From: an uncultured Pseudomonadota bacterium
GTDB lineage: Bacteria; Pseudomonadota; Alphaproteobacteria; Rs-D84
DNA length: 64,000 bases
Assembly: GCA_902793435.1 (NCBI GenBank)
Contig: CADBDF010000005.1
Coordinates: 14,383-78,382 of the forward strand
Direction: 5' to 3'
A program made the position numbers and the translations under genes. Below are positions 47,594 to 57,055 of this stretch, piece after piece; within the stretch, counting starts at the first letter, position 1; every line of letters begins with the position of its first letter. The notes beneath the pieces were generated by a model, which was given only the letters and a program-made list of their open reading frames with translations, did not search any database and was not told the DNA's origin.

Positions 47594-50576
47594 TCTTATC
47601 TGTTTCCTGTAATACAGTTATGATATTTTCATAATTCATTACTTCTTCCGGGGTTAGTGCACGGCCTTTGCGGTCTTTCAGGTACTTTTGTGCCGGTTGA
47701 TAACCGCCAATATAGAATTCCCATGCCGTTTGTGGCACATTGTCAAAATACTGGGTGCCATTGATATAAACACGACCATTATCGTATGTTGGCTTATCAA
47801 CAACACAATTTCCACCCATAGGGAATGAAACATTTGATTGTGGAATGTCGACCATTAAATGTAATTTACGTAATTGTTCCCCGTATTTACGATAATGTTC
47901 GAATTTATCTTTATTTTCTGGGTACGGTATGCGTGGAAAATCAATCTTTAAAAACTCACGATATTTTTCACGATACGATGGACTGTGTAAAACACCATAA
48001 ATGTAATCAAAAATGGATTCAGGTGTTGTTTGCCCAACCTTGGATTCTATTTCCCTTACAATTTGCGGGTTTAAATTCGGTGTTTTTTCATCATTGGTGT
48101 ATATGTAAAGCGGAAAACAATATGTTGTTTCTCGTGTTTGTAGTGAAACTGTACACATATCACACAAACCGTTAACAACTAAGGCGTGATGGAAAGTTGT
48201 TGTGCTTTGTTGACGGCTTGTACATAACGCAACGTTGGGTTTTAACATGTGTTGCATAACGTTGTACCTGTGCCTAACAACTTTAGATAAATCGTAGTTT
48301 ATAAATCTGGTATCAAACGGTCTATATGCATATGGTTTGTTATATTCTGTATCAAATTCTGCAAATGACACCAAATCATCATCATTGTGTGTCTTAATAC
48401 CACTGGTATTAACATTAAATACTTCATCTACTCTGAATCCTTTATCGTATTGCTTCTTTGCACTAAAATCTTTCGGAGTAAAGAAATAATAAGGTTCAAC
48501 AGGTTTTAATGCTTTAAATTCTGAATCTTGTAAATTATGTTCGTTCAGAAAATCATATTTTATATCACGTTTCCCATACACATCGCGGTAATATACATCT
48601 GCTAGCTTTTTGGCTTTGCTGGTTTTTACAAATATGTTGATTGACACACCTGCCATTATATCAAATACGTTTTCGTCTTTTGTTCCATCCGGCGCACTTT
48701 CATGCAAACGTGTATTACCATGCAAATTGACAATGTATATTTTATCGAATGTTTCCATTAAACTTTTACGCATTTGGCGATGGATTACACCATCCAAAAA
48801 ACTATTGTTTGAAATATAGGCCAAAATACCACTGCCGTTTTTCTCAATATAATGTTGTCCTAGCGCAATAAACTTTATGTAGTCATCCGATAATGGTTGA
48901 ATATTGCGTTCGTTCAAACCGGTTTTGTATTTTTCTATCAATTCCTTTGCAAAATCATTCATGTTTGCACTAGATACAGAATACGGAGGATTGCCTAATA
49001 CGCACATGACAGGGACGTTTTGTTTGATGTTATTTGCTTCTTTTGCTTCGTCTGATAACCATTGTGCAGCCCAAAGTGTTTGTGTGTCTGGGTCGGCTTC
49101 TTCCAAAGAATTTGTTAAATAAATCCCCACGCGATTATTGCTGTTTAATATGGTGGAATTACGTGCAACCCGTGCCAAATCCCCATCAAACAGGTTATCT
49201 TGACGGAATATCTTGTCGTTTATACGCGCGTCGTCTTGAATATAACCCGTTTCACGCAATACCAAATCCAATTTCAAGTGCGCCATGGTATAACTGGACA
49301 TCATGATTTCAAACCCGTGCATACGTGGCAATAAATCATTTTCAACGTAATTTGGCCAAATCCCAGCGTTGTTTTTGAACTTGTCATGAATGTAATTTAC
49401 TGCGGTTGCCAAAAATGTCCCGGTCCCGGTTGCTGGGTCCAGTAGTTGCACACGGTGGAATTCTTTTTCAACAGGTTTTGACGCGCCCTGTATTTGAATT
49501 TTTTTTGTGATTTTTGATTTGTCCGCCAATCCATTTGGTAATTCAAAATCCGTTTTCAATATATCATCCATCGCACGAACTATGTAATCAACAACTGGTT
49601 GTGGGGTATAATAAACACCACGCATTTTACGTAATGATTTATCATACTTACTCAAAAATGTTTCATAGAAATGGATTATCGGGTCGGTTGTCTTGGTTTT
49701 GCGTCCGAAATCTTTCAAAATATCTGCGACGTCGGTATAACTGAAAATACTTGCCAAACTATCAACAGACCACACGATACGTTCATCAATGTCGTTCCCG
49801 GCGATATAGTCAAACATTTTACGCAAAAACGGGACGGTCTTTGGTATCAAGGTGGCGGCTTCCTGACGTGTGAAATCATGCATGGTTTTGTCGTGCAAAC
49901 GGGCAACAAACATACCATACGCAACCGTCTGAGCATAAATATCTGCAAATTCTTGTTCTGTCATTGTACGAATAAGAATTTTTCGAAATGATTCCAACTG
50001 TTCATATAATGATTTGTTTTCTGATTGTTCGGCCAGTGCACCTTTTATCACGTCTGCAATCAAACGCGCTTTACCGGCCATCAATTCGGCCAATTTCAAT
50101 GGCGATTTTATAGTTGCGGTTTTGACTGTATAGAAATCTTTTATCAAATCAATTAACGTCTGATACTTTTCTGGTAATGGCGTGATTGTTTTACCATCAA
50201 AATCTGCTATTCTGATTCTGGCTGTTTCTTTACCTTCTTGGTAAAATCTGAACTCCAGGTAATCTGTGTATATCAAATTTGGCAATCCACCCAAATAACG
50301 TTCTTTTTGTTCTATCTCACGATCAAATAAATTATCAAGACGGTTTACACCAATATCTTTGGCCTCGGCAAAACCTATAACTGCATCGCCAGATTTAATC
50401 ATAAAATCAGGAGCTCCAAAAGTGCCCCTTTGTGGTTCGTTAATGGCGGTAATAGGTTTTGATGTACTTATTGATTCAAATAACTTCTTTAATGCCGGAC
50501 GATAAGAATGCTCTTTGGCCACGCCCGTGTTGAACTCTCTGTCTATGTCAACCAAATATTCCGCAACATCATACAT
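47574..50576 (-). CDS. Type IIG/IIL (MmeI-like) restriction-modification enzyme with Type ISP-type C-terminal domain
   Basis: N-terminal PD-(D/E)xK-like APDF...FAEAKD. MTase motifs are motif X GVYYTPQPVV, motif I LLDPATGTGTFL and motif IV GNPPYS. The C-terminus is GGYQPAQKYLKDRKGRALTPEEV. Confidence 0.85.
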   Translation of the reverse strand: MYDVAEYLVDIDREFNTGVAKEHSYRPALKKLFESISTSKPITAINEPQRGTFGAPDFMIKSGDAVIGFAEAKDIGVNRLDNLFDREIEQKERYLGGLPNLIYTDYLEFRFYQEGKETARIRIADFDGKTITPLPEKYQTLIDLIKDFYTVKTATIKSPLKLAELMAGKARLIADVIKGALAEQSENKSLYEQLESFRKILIRTMTEQEFADIYAQTVAYGMFVARLHDKTMHDFTRQEAATLIPKTVPFLRKMFDYIAGNDIDERIVWSVDSLASIFSYTDVADILKDFGRKTKTTDPIIHFYETFLSKYDKSLRKMRGVYYTPQPVVDYIVRAMDDILKTDFELPNGLADKSKITKKIQIQGASKPVEKEFHRVQLLDPATGTGTFLATAVNYIHDKFKNNAGIWPNYVENDLLPRMHGFEIMMSSYTMAHLKLDLVLRETGYIQDDARINDKIFRQDNLFDGDLARVARNSTILNSNNRVGIYLTNSLEEADPDTQTLWAAQWLSDEAKEANNIKQNVPVMCVLGNPPYSVSSANMNDFAKELIEKYKTGLNERNIQPLSDDYIKFIALGQHYIEKNGSGILAYISNNSFLDGVIHRQMRKSLMETFDKIYIVNLHGNTRLHESAPDGTKDENVFDIMAGVSINIFVKTSKAKKLADVYYRDVYGKRDIKYDFLNEHNLQDSEFKALKPVEPYYFFTPKDFSAKKQYDKGFRVDEVFNVNTSGIKTHNDDDLVSFAEFDTEYNKPYAYRPFDTRFINYDLSKVVRHRYNVMQHMLKPNVALCTSRQQSTTTFHHALVVNGLCDMCTVSLQTRETTYCFPLYIYTNDEKTPNLNPQIVREIESKVGQTTPESIFDYIYGVLHSPSYREKYREFLKIDFPRIPYPENKDKFEHYRKYGEQLRKLHLMVDIPQSNVSFPMGGNCVVDKPTYDNGRVYINGTQYFDNVPQTAWEFYIGGYQPAQKYLKDRKGRALTPEEVMNYENIITVLQETDKIMKEIG

Positions 50577-50837
50577 ATAAAACTCCTGTATTTATTGCTA
50601 TAATGGTAGCAGATGATTAGGAATTTAGCAATATTTTAATGATTTTTTACGGTTTTTACCGTTTCTGCTTTTTTGCGTAAAAAATGTCCCAATCCAACAA
50701 CCATAATAAAGACAAACAAATCACAAAAGGCATTTTTTATGCGGTGCCATTGTTGAAGGCATTATTGCGAAAAAATACCTTTCGCGAGCAAGTACAATTT
50801 AAAACACAAAATAAGAATAAGAAAAGGGGTATATATT

Positions 50838-50957
50838 ATGCAAAAGATTAAAATAGTCATAGGTTGTTTTTTGATGATAGGCATTCTGTTTTATGTTATA
50901 TCTTTCAATACTTCATCAGATATCACATTAATTTTGTTTAATGTTGATATTTTTTAA
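50838..50957 (+). CDS. candidate 39-aa hydrophobic peptide
   Basis: An aaaagggg RBS lies 7 nt before the ATG. The product is MQKIKIVIGCFLMIGILFYVISFN.... It is below the track cutoff and has no homology evidence. Confidence 0.2.
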   Translation: MQKIKIVIGCFLMIGILFYVISFNTSSDITLILFNVDIF

Positions 50958-51004
50958 TCAGAATACTACTATACAAAACAATGCTTGTTGGTCTAAGTAA
51001 GGGC

Positions 51005-51211
51005 TTATTTACATCGTCCTTTCCACAATGCAACCATCTGGGTTAATTTGCGATGGATACGGCGGAGCAACCATGTCTGCCGGCAGGTCAAAATACCACC
51101 GTTTGTTTGGCAAATTTGTGTAATTCCGCAATGTGTGCCACCTGGGTATTTCCCAGAGCCAGCAATTTTATCAACACCAAATCGCAAATACAAATAAATA
51201 ATGCAAACCAA
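51005..51211 (-). pseudogene. relic fragment paralogous to 44242..44688
   Basis: A ~55-nt patch (51060-51115) is about 85% identical to 44528-44583 and encodes TNGGILTCRQTWLLRRI. Flanking sequence on both sides is unrelated. Confidence 0.4.
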
Positions 51212-51216
51212 TTACA

Positions 51217-51480
51217 CTAAATATGCGGATTGTCATTTTGTGGGGCAGAGGGTGATTCTTGAATCATTTTACAAAAATCCATCAACGAAGCCCTGGTTGC
51301 TTTCAGTATTTTTGCAATACACAATGTTGAAGGCCACCGCGGCTGACCATATTTCGATACGCGTTTAGATTTATTAAATGCTGTCGCGTCCATGCCGCTT
51401 AATTTAGCCAATCCTGAACAAGACAATTTGCATTTTTTTGCCAACATATCGATTGCATGCCAAATTTGATAGTGATTCAT
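51217..51480 (-). CDS. phage-repressor-like HTH transcriptional regulator
   Basis: IWHAIDMLAKKCKLSCSGLAKLSGMDATAFNKSKR...RWPSTLCIAKIL resembles the alphaproteobacterial repressor N-domain pattern. Confidence 0.65.
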   Translation of the reverse strand: MNHYQIWHAIDMLAKKCKLSCSGLAKLSGMDATAFNKSKRVSKYGQPRWPSTLCIAKILKATRASLMDFCKMIQESPSAPQNDNPHI

Positions 51481-51722
51481 TTTTGTTTCTCCTTACACTC
51501 TGTTTTTTTGTATATTAAACCTGATAAGTGTTATTTGCAATCGATACAATCAAAACGAGAATTTGTTCCTGTGAATATTGACATAATTAACAATTTTAAA
51601 AATATAAACAGAATCGGTTTTTTATAAAATATCAATAAAAATCCAAGCGGTGCGAAAAAATATTGGTTTGCAGACGATAAAACATGTGATACGATTTCAA
51701 TACAGAAAGTAAGGAGTTTTTT

Positions 51723-52238
51723 ATGAAATCGATGATTTTATATTATTCTCGTGCAGGCGAAAATTATTCTGGTGGTTCGATTGTTAATTTGCCACGCGGA
51801 AATACGGCGGTTGCGGCGGATTATATTCGTGATATTACCGGCGCAGATTTGTTTGAAATTGAACCTGTCAAAGATTATCCGGCGGATTACGAAAAATGCA
51901 CCGATGTTGCAAAGCAAGAACTGCATGAAAACGCACGCCCGGCTGTTCGCAAAATGCCTGGAGATTTGGCGGAATATGACACTATATTTATTGGTGGGCC
52001 GATTTGGTGGGGAACATATCCAATGCCAATGTTTTCTGTTTTGGAAAATATAGATTGGTCGGGTAAAACAGTTATGCCTTTTTCTACACACGAAGGCTCT
52101 GGTCTGGGCGATGTTATGCGCGACATGAAGCGGGTTTGTGTTGGCGCAGATGTAAAACCAGGCTTGGCGATTTATGGGTCATCTGTTGATGGTGCAAAAT
52201 CAAACGTAGAAAATTGGATAAAAAACAATTTGAAATAA
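51723..52238 (+). CDS. flavodoxin-like protein
   Basis: ILYYSRAGENY...FIGGPIWWGTYPMPM...FSTHEGSGLG pattern, preceded by an aaggag RBS. Confidence 0.7.
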   Translation: MKSMILYYSRAGENYSGGSIVNLPRGNTAVAADYIRDITGADLFEIEPVKDYPADYEKCTDVAKQELHENARPAVRKMPGDLAEYDTIFIGGPIWWGTYPMPMFSVLENIDWSGKTVMPFSTHEGSGLGDVMRDMKRVCVGADVKPGLAIYGSSVDGAKSNVENWIKNNLK

Positions 52239-52240
52239 AA

Positions 52241-52930
52241 TCACATGATTTTTAGTGTGATTAAATATTGTTTTTGTTCTGGTGAAATACGACGGGATTC
52301 GCGGGACTTTTGAATTGTTTTATTATGCGTCCATTTGTCCAATTTTTGCTGTTGAACGATTGGCAAAATCGAATCCCAATTTTTTGCCAGACCTGTTGCG
52401 AAATACCAAGCACGAACCATATTGATGTAATAATCATTTGATTTGACATTTGCGACCATACGCGCATATTCATCTTTAAAACTATCACCCAAATAATACC
52501 GCATTAAACAAACTATACCAAAACGCACAGACCATGGCACACCACTTGCAATCCATTTTTTTATATATGGCAACAAAGAATCTGTGTTTTTATCAAAAAC
52601 TTTTGGTGTCATTTGGTCACAAGTTGCCCAATTATCAATAAAAGGCAAAAAACAATCCACCGCACGAACGCAAGTTTCAAAATCACGAATACCAGATAAA
52701 ATAAAAGCATGCAGTTGGTCTTCTTCGAAATATTTATGTGGCACAGATTTTATAAAATCATCGCATTGTTGTTTGGACAGATTTTTTGCCATATTGCGCA
52801 AATCAGGTGTGCAAATTCCCAGTATAGTTTCATAATTGATGTTTGGAATAATTTTTGCGACAAACTGGGCGTATTTTTCATCACGCCCAGCAATCAATTT
52901 TTTTTGTATAAAATCTAATTTATTTTCCAA
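52241..52930 (-). CDS. DNA alkylation repair protein (AlkD-like HEAT repeat family)
   Basis: 229 aa with the motifs GICTPDLRNMAK, EEDQLHAF and NWATCDQM. Confidence 0.75.
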   Translation of the reverse strand: MENKLDFIQKKLIAGRDEKYAQFVAKIIPNINYETILGICTPDLRNMAKNLSKQQCDDFIKSVPHKYFEEDQLHAFILSGIRDFETCVRAVDCFLPFIDNWATCDQMTPKVFDKNTDSLLPYIKKWIASGVPWSVRFGIVCLMRYYLGDSFKDEYARMVANVKSNDYYINMVRAWYFATGLAKNWDSILPIVQQQKLDKWTHNKTIQKSRESRRISPEQKQYLITLKIM

Positions 52931-53462
52931 TGCTTTTTAACCATGATTGTATAGTTTCTGTTTGGTCATTTACGGTATCGCCGCCACGAATTGATATACC
53001 GCCGACAACAGTTGCATCTGGTTCCAGACGTGCAATTTCGCCATGTGAATCGCCGGCGCCCGAACCTTCGTGGGTGTTAAATGGTGCGATTGTCTTGTTC
53101 GATAAATCGTATTTGTCCAAGAAAGTATAAACCACCATTGGCATAGACCCCCACCAAATAGGATATCCAACAAACACCGTATCATATTCGTCCCAATTTA
53201 TGTCCATATCTTTGATTTCAGGGCGCACACTATCATTCTTTTCATTTTGTGCCAAATCGGTAAATTCTTTGTTATGGTAATCGTCGGCAGGATATGGATT
53301 TACCGGCTCGATGCGCACAATATCGCCACCGGCAACATCGTGAATTGCATTTGCCAAACGTTCAGTATTGCCAGAAACGGAAAAATACACAGTTAAATTT
53401 TTTGCATCGGCAACACCAATAAACATGCCCAAGCATAACACAGAATATAAAATTTTTCTCAT
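52920..53462 (-). CDS. flavodoxin-like protein with N-terminal signal peptide
   Basis: Paralogue of 51723..52238 (VGYPIWWGSMPMVV, FNTHEGSGAG) plus the leader MRKILYSVLCLGMFIGVADA. The ATG at 53462 follows an aaggag RBS. Confidence 0.7.
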   Translation of the reverse strand: MRKILYSVLCLGMFIGVADAKNLTVYFSVSGNTERLANAIHDVAGGDIVRIEPVNPYPADDYHNKEFTDLAQNEKNDSVRPEIKDMDINWDEYDTVFVGYPIWWGSMPMVVYTFLDKYDLSNKTIAPFNTHEGSGAGDSHGEIARLEPDATVVGGISIRGGDTVNDQTETIQSWLKSIGK

Positions 53463-53683
53463 AAAAAAACTCCTTTCCTTCCTTTGTGTCATCATTTTAT
53501 ATTTTTGCGCGTGAATATTTCAACAGATTTTTTACATACAAAAACCAGTTGTGGAAAAAACTTGTTTTTAATCCAAAATTATGATATAATACGTTCATTC
53601 AGCCAGACATTTTGTCGGCTGTTTTTTTATATTGCCTGCGCTTTTTTTGCGTGGGCTTTTTTGTTATAACCAAGGGAGAAAAC

Positions 53684-54556
53684 ATGCAAAAAGTATCATA
53701 CATGGGCAACGGCGAAACAACAGAATTCGCATTTAATTTCCCATATTTTGAAAATTCAAATATTATTGTCACAAAAAACGGCAACACCGCCACAGGTTAT
53801 GAAATAATTGGCAATCCTGGGGGACTGGACGCCGATATTCCATATATTGGTGGCAAGGTTGTTTTTGAAACCGCGCCAACCGCATTGGACAGTATTACAA
53901 TTGCGCGCCAATTACCATTGTCGCGCGTGACAGATTATCAGCCATTGGAAAAAATCAGTCCAACAACATTGAATCAAGATATGAATTATATGATGGAAAT
54001 CTTGAAAGATTTGCAAGACGAATTTGAAACATTGCAAACCCAATACAGCGAAATAGCAAACAAAGAATCCACCGCTGTTTTATTGGCGAAAATGCAAGAA
54101 ATTCATAATGAAATTACCGCTGTTTCTGCGCAAATTTCCGCCTTGGGCGATGTGTCGCAAATCCGCAACGATATTACCACATTGAACACGCGCACAACTG
54201 GCATGCTGGATTATGTTATTGAATCGCAAACACCAACCGCCGAAAACAATTATACTTGGTTCCGTAAATATAAATCCGGCTGGATAGAGCAGGGTGGAGT
54301 TTGGACTGGGACATGGGTTGTTGGTAATGGAATATCCGGAACCAAAACGATAAATATCCCTGTTGCAATGAACGATACTGATTATATGGTTTTTGTTGAA
54401 ATGAGTAAAGGAAACTCAACAGGTGGCGACCAAATGTGGAGTTTCCACGAACCGCAAAGTTTAACGACAACAAGTTTTTCTATAGTTGTTGGTGGTTATA
54501 ATAATAGTCGAACAATAACCAGATTTGTTTGGCAACTATCTGGTGTTGCGGCATAA
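53684..54556 (+). CDS. orphan phage tail-fibre protein (T7 gp17-like N-terminal adaptor domain)
   Basis: YMGNGETTEFAFNFPYF...IIVTKNG...GKVVFETAP...ITIARQLPLSRVTDYQ...LNQDMNY matches the T7 tail-fibre N-domain layout. A coiled-coil and a C-terminal tip (WFRKYKSGWIEQGG) follow. The ATG at 53684 follows an aagggaga RBS. Confidence 0.7.
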   Translation: MQKVSYMGNGETTEFAFNFPYFENSNIIVTKNGNTATGYEIIGNPGGLDADIPYIGGKVVFETAPTALDSITIARQLPLSRVTDYQPLEKISPTTLNQDMNYMMEILKDLQDEFETLQTQYSEIANKESTAVLLAKMQEIHNEITAVSAQISALGDVSQIRNDITTLNTRTTGMLDYVIESQTPTAENNYTWFRKYKSGWIEQGGVWTGTWVVGNGISGTKTINIPVAMNDTDYMVFVEMSKGNSTGGDQMWSFHEPQSLTTTSFSIVVGGYNNSRTITRFVWQLSGVAA

Positions 54557-54585
54557 AAAAACGGGATTTTATCCCGTTTTTTTTA
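54555..54585. terminator. bidirectional terminator
   Basis: The sequence aaaaaaacgggat ttt atcccgtttttttt lies between convergent genes. Confidence 0.6.
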
Positions 54586-56286
54586 TTTCATTTGTTCAGT
54601 TATAAATTGGGTCAATTTTTTTGCACCCTTTTTATTCAAGTGATGACAATCTTGAAAATCGCTCATATCAAATCTGTTGTCATCAATAAAATCAAAAATC
54701 TTGATTTTATCTTGGCACAGTTTATATAAACTGTCGAACATTGCTTTTCTTTCGGGTAAAAATTGTGTATAATCATTGCGGTATGGTGGTAATACGATAT
54801 ATAAACGGCTGTTATTTTGATTTGCCATGTCGTATATTTTTGACACATAATCAATTTGATTGTTGTTACGTTGATTATTTTTTAAATGCTTTTTAACGAG
54901 TTCAGGAGTATTTATTTCATCGTTATTATCGTAAAAAGATTCACCATAATATTGCGAAATATCGCAATTATTCATTTGTTTTATATACTTTTTAAGTTTT
55001 TTTGTAAATTTTCTATATTTGTATCCAATACGAAACGCAAAAGGTATTTTGTATAATAACTTGTAAATTATACTTTTGTATGCCTCACGCGATTTTTCTA
55101 ATTGAAAACCCGGTGAAAACACATCAAAGAACAATAATACATTTGCATCATGCATATTTTGTTGCAGACACCATTTATACAAATGATAACTGTGATACAA
55201 ATCCTGTGAAGACATGCCAAAATTAAACGATTTATCATTTGGTACCCAACCGTCGCGTGCGGTTGATGAACCAAATATAATTGTATTTATATTGTCTTTA
55301 TGTAATAAAAATCCGTTCTTTTTCATTATATCAATCGTAAAAATATCAGGGTTTGCATAAAATTGTTTTGTATAACTAAACAGTTTTAAACCGCAAAAAT
55401 ATATGATGCGTTTATCGTTAATGCGTTGCTTGCCGATAATACTGTATTTAAACTTAAAAAGTTTTTTATACAAATAAAAATATTTATCTTTAAGAACTTT
55501 AAAGAATTCGTCTTTGGATTGTTCGTCATTGACATATGTCATTTCTGATAAAACACATCCTTTGAACACCTCATAAAACATTTCTTTATTTATATTAAAT
55601 AGTTTTTTATTTTCTAAATTGCGTTTTAATGCGTCAAATGCGTGAATAATATTTATAGACTTTTTGCCGCGTGTCGAACTAATTTGATTTGGCACATTTC
55701 TGTTATAATGATAAAAACACCTGTTTATCTTAACGACTTTTTTGGCGCACGCCAATATTGTATAAGTAAAAGTGACGTCATTACATGATGAAAAATTTTC
55801 ATATTGAATATTATTATTTACAATTAAATCTTTTTTTACTAACTGTGTTGTATCCCCAGGATTTGTTATATTAAACGGAACAGGTGCTGTGAAAGTACTG
55901 ATTTTTCCGTCATTTTCCTGACCATGTAAATTAAATAAAATTATATCTGCATTGGTTTTGTTATACAGGTTTATACATGTTTCAAATGCATCTTTGTCCA
56001 AGGTGTCATCACTTGCCATAACATATATAAAATCGCCGGTTGAATTTGATATTCCTATGTTTCTTGCGATGCCCGCGCCATTATGTCCCTGGTTGATATA
56101 AACCAATCGTTTATCTTTATATGATTTTACAATATTTTTAATAGAATCTGTATTGGAACCATCATCAACAACAATCAATTCTATATTTTGATATGTTTGA
56201 TTTAATATAGATTCAACTGCCGTCCTGAAAAAATATTCTACGGTATTATATGCCGGCATAATAACTGATATTTTTGGTGATTGCAT
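54583..56286 (-). CDS. family 2 glycosyltransferase fused to SGNH/DltD-like C-terminal domain
   Basis: The N-terminus is ISVIMPAYN...LIVVDDGS. The C-terminus has IIFGSSTARDG and DCHHLNKKGAKK, resembling SGNH blocks I and V. Confidence 0.75.
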   Translation of the reverse strand: MQSPKISVIMPAYNTVEYFFRTAVESILNQTYQNIELIVVDDGSNTDSIKNIVKSYKDKRLVYINQGHNGAGIARNIGISNSTGDFIYVMASDDTLDKDAFETCINLYNKTNADIILFNLHGQENDGKISTFTAPVPFNITNPGDTTQLVKKDLIVNNNIQYENFSSCNDVTFTYTILACAKKVVKINRCFYHYNRNVPNQISSTRGKKSINIIHAFDALKRNLENKKLFNINKEMFYEVFKGCVLSEMTYVNDEQSKDEFFKVLKDKYFYLYKKLFKFKYSIIGKQRINDKRIIYFCGLKLFSYTKQFYANPDIFTIDIMKKNGFLLHKDNINTIIFGSSTARDGWVPNDKSFNFGMSSQDLYHSYHLYKWCLQQNMHDANVLLFFDVFSPGFQLEKSREAYKSIIYKLLYKIPFAFRIGYKYRKFTKKLKKYIKQMNNCDISQYYGESFYDNNDEINTPELVKKHLKNNQRNNNQIDYVSKIYDMANQNNSRLYIVLPPYRNDYTQFLPERKAMFDSLYKLCQDKIKIFDFIDDNRFDMSDFQDCHHLNKKGAKKLTQFITEQMK

Positions 56287-56295
56287 TTCAAACCT

Positions 56296-57051
56296 CTAAA
56301 TTTCGTCCCTGATATATTGTTTAATTTTACCGCGTTTTTTACTAAAAGGTAAAAACAACACGACTATATCTGATACAATCCTTAAAAATAATTTGCGACC
56401 AGACCTTTTTAATTTATATTGTTCAAATATTGGCAAAACGCGTTCTATATGTCCCTGGGTTGTTGGATAACCGGCATCGTCAAATTCCATTGTATGAACA
56501 TTATATTTAACTATATTGTCTGCAATTTGCTTTTTTATGGGGGTAATAACATTGTCGGTATGTTCTATTATTAATAAATCAATATTTTTACCAAATTTTT
56601 TGCAAATGCGTTTGCTGGCATCTAACAAAACATCATCAGGTGTATTGTGATAATGCGAAAACCATATTAATAAAACGCGGTTGTGTTTGTCTATATTGTC
56701 ATAAAATCTTTTTATACGGCGCATATATTTCGCATAAACAGCCGGAAAAGATTTAGACATCGCAACGCCTGTTGGAAAATCATGGTAATAGTAAAAACTA
56801 TTGCGGATATTTTGGTAATAATCACAACTGTCGTCGTTGTGCATATTGGGGTCTTTTTCCAAGGGGATAATATCATTTTTATTAATAAAATCTTGGAAAT
56901 CGTTTAAAATCAAATCAATGCGTGTTTCAAAATTTGCATTGGTCAGCCAATCAAAAGGTCCCGAACACGCACGTAAATTTGCCTGTTTCATATACATAGC
57001 GCACGCGCAATCGCGACCAATAGAATAAATAATATCGTATTTTTGTTTCAT
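56296..57051 (-). CDS. DUF1796 (putative papain-like cysteine peptidase fold) protein
   Basis: SIGRDCACAMYMKQANLRACSGPFDWL matches the DUF1796 N-terminal signature. Confidence 0.6.
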   Translation of the reverse strand: MKQKYDIIYSIGRDCACAMYMKQANLRACSGPFDWLTNANFETRIDLILNDFQDFINKNDIIPLEKDPNMHNDDSCDYYQNIRNSFYYYHDFPTGVAMSKSFPAVYAKYMRRIKRFYDNIDKHNRVLLIWFSHYHNTPDDVLLDASKRICKKFGKNIDLLIIEHTDNVITPIKKQIADNIVKYNVHTMEFDDAGYPTTQGHIERVLPIFEQYKLKRSGRKLFLRIVSDIVVLFLPFSKKRGKIKQYIRDEI

Positions 57052-57055
57052 TTGT

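Noticed and set aside
51589-51603. tgacataattaacaa resembles the island att core (gtgacatacggattaacag) and could be a right boundary of a second tandem island.
   Set aside because: It matches only with a 3-nt gap in very AT-rich sequence. A tandem model would also require the central att to be attP-like, yet it is an intact tRNA. This is probably chance.
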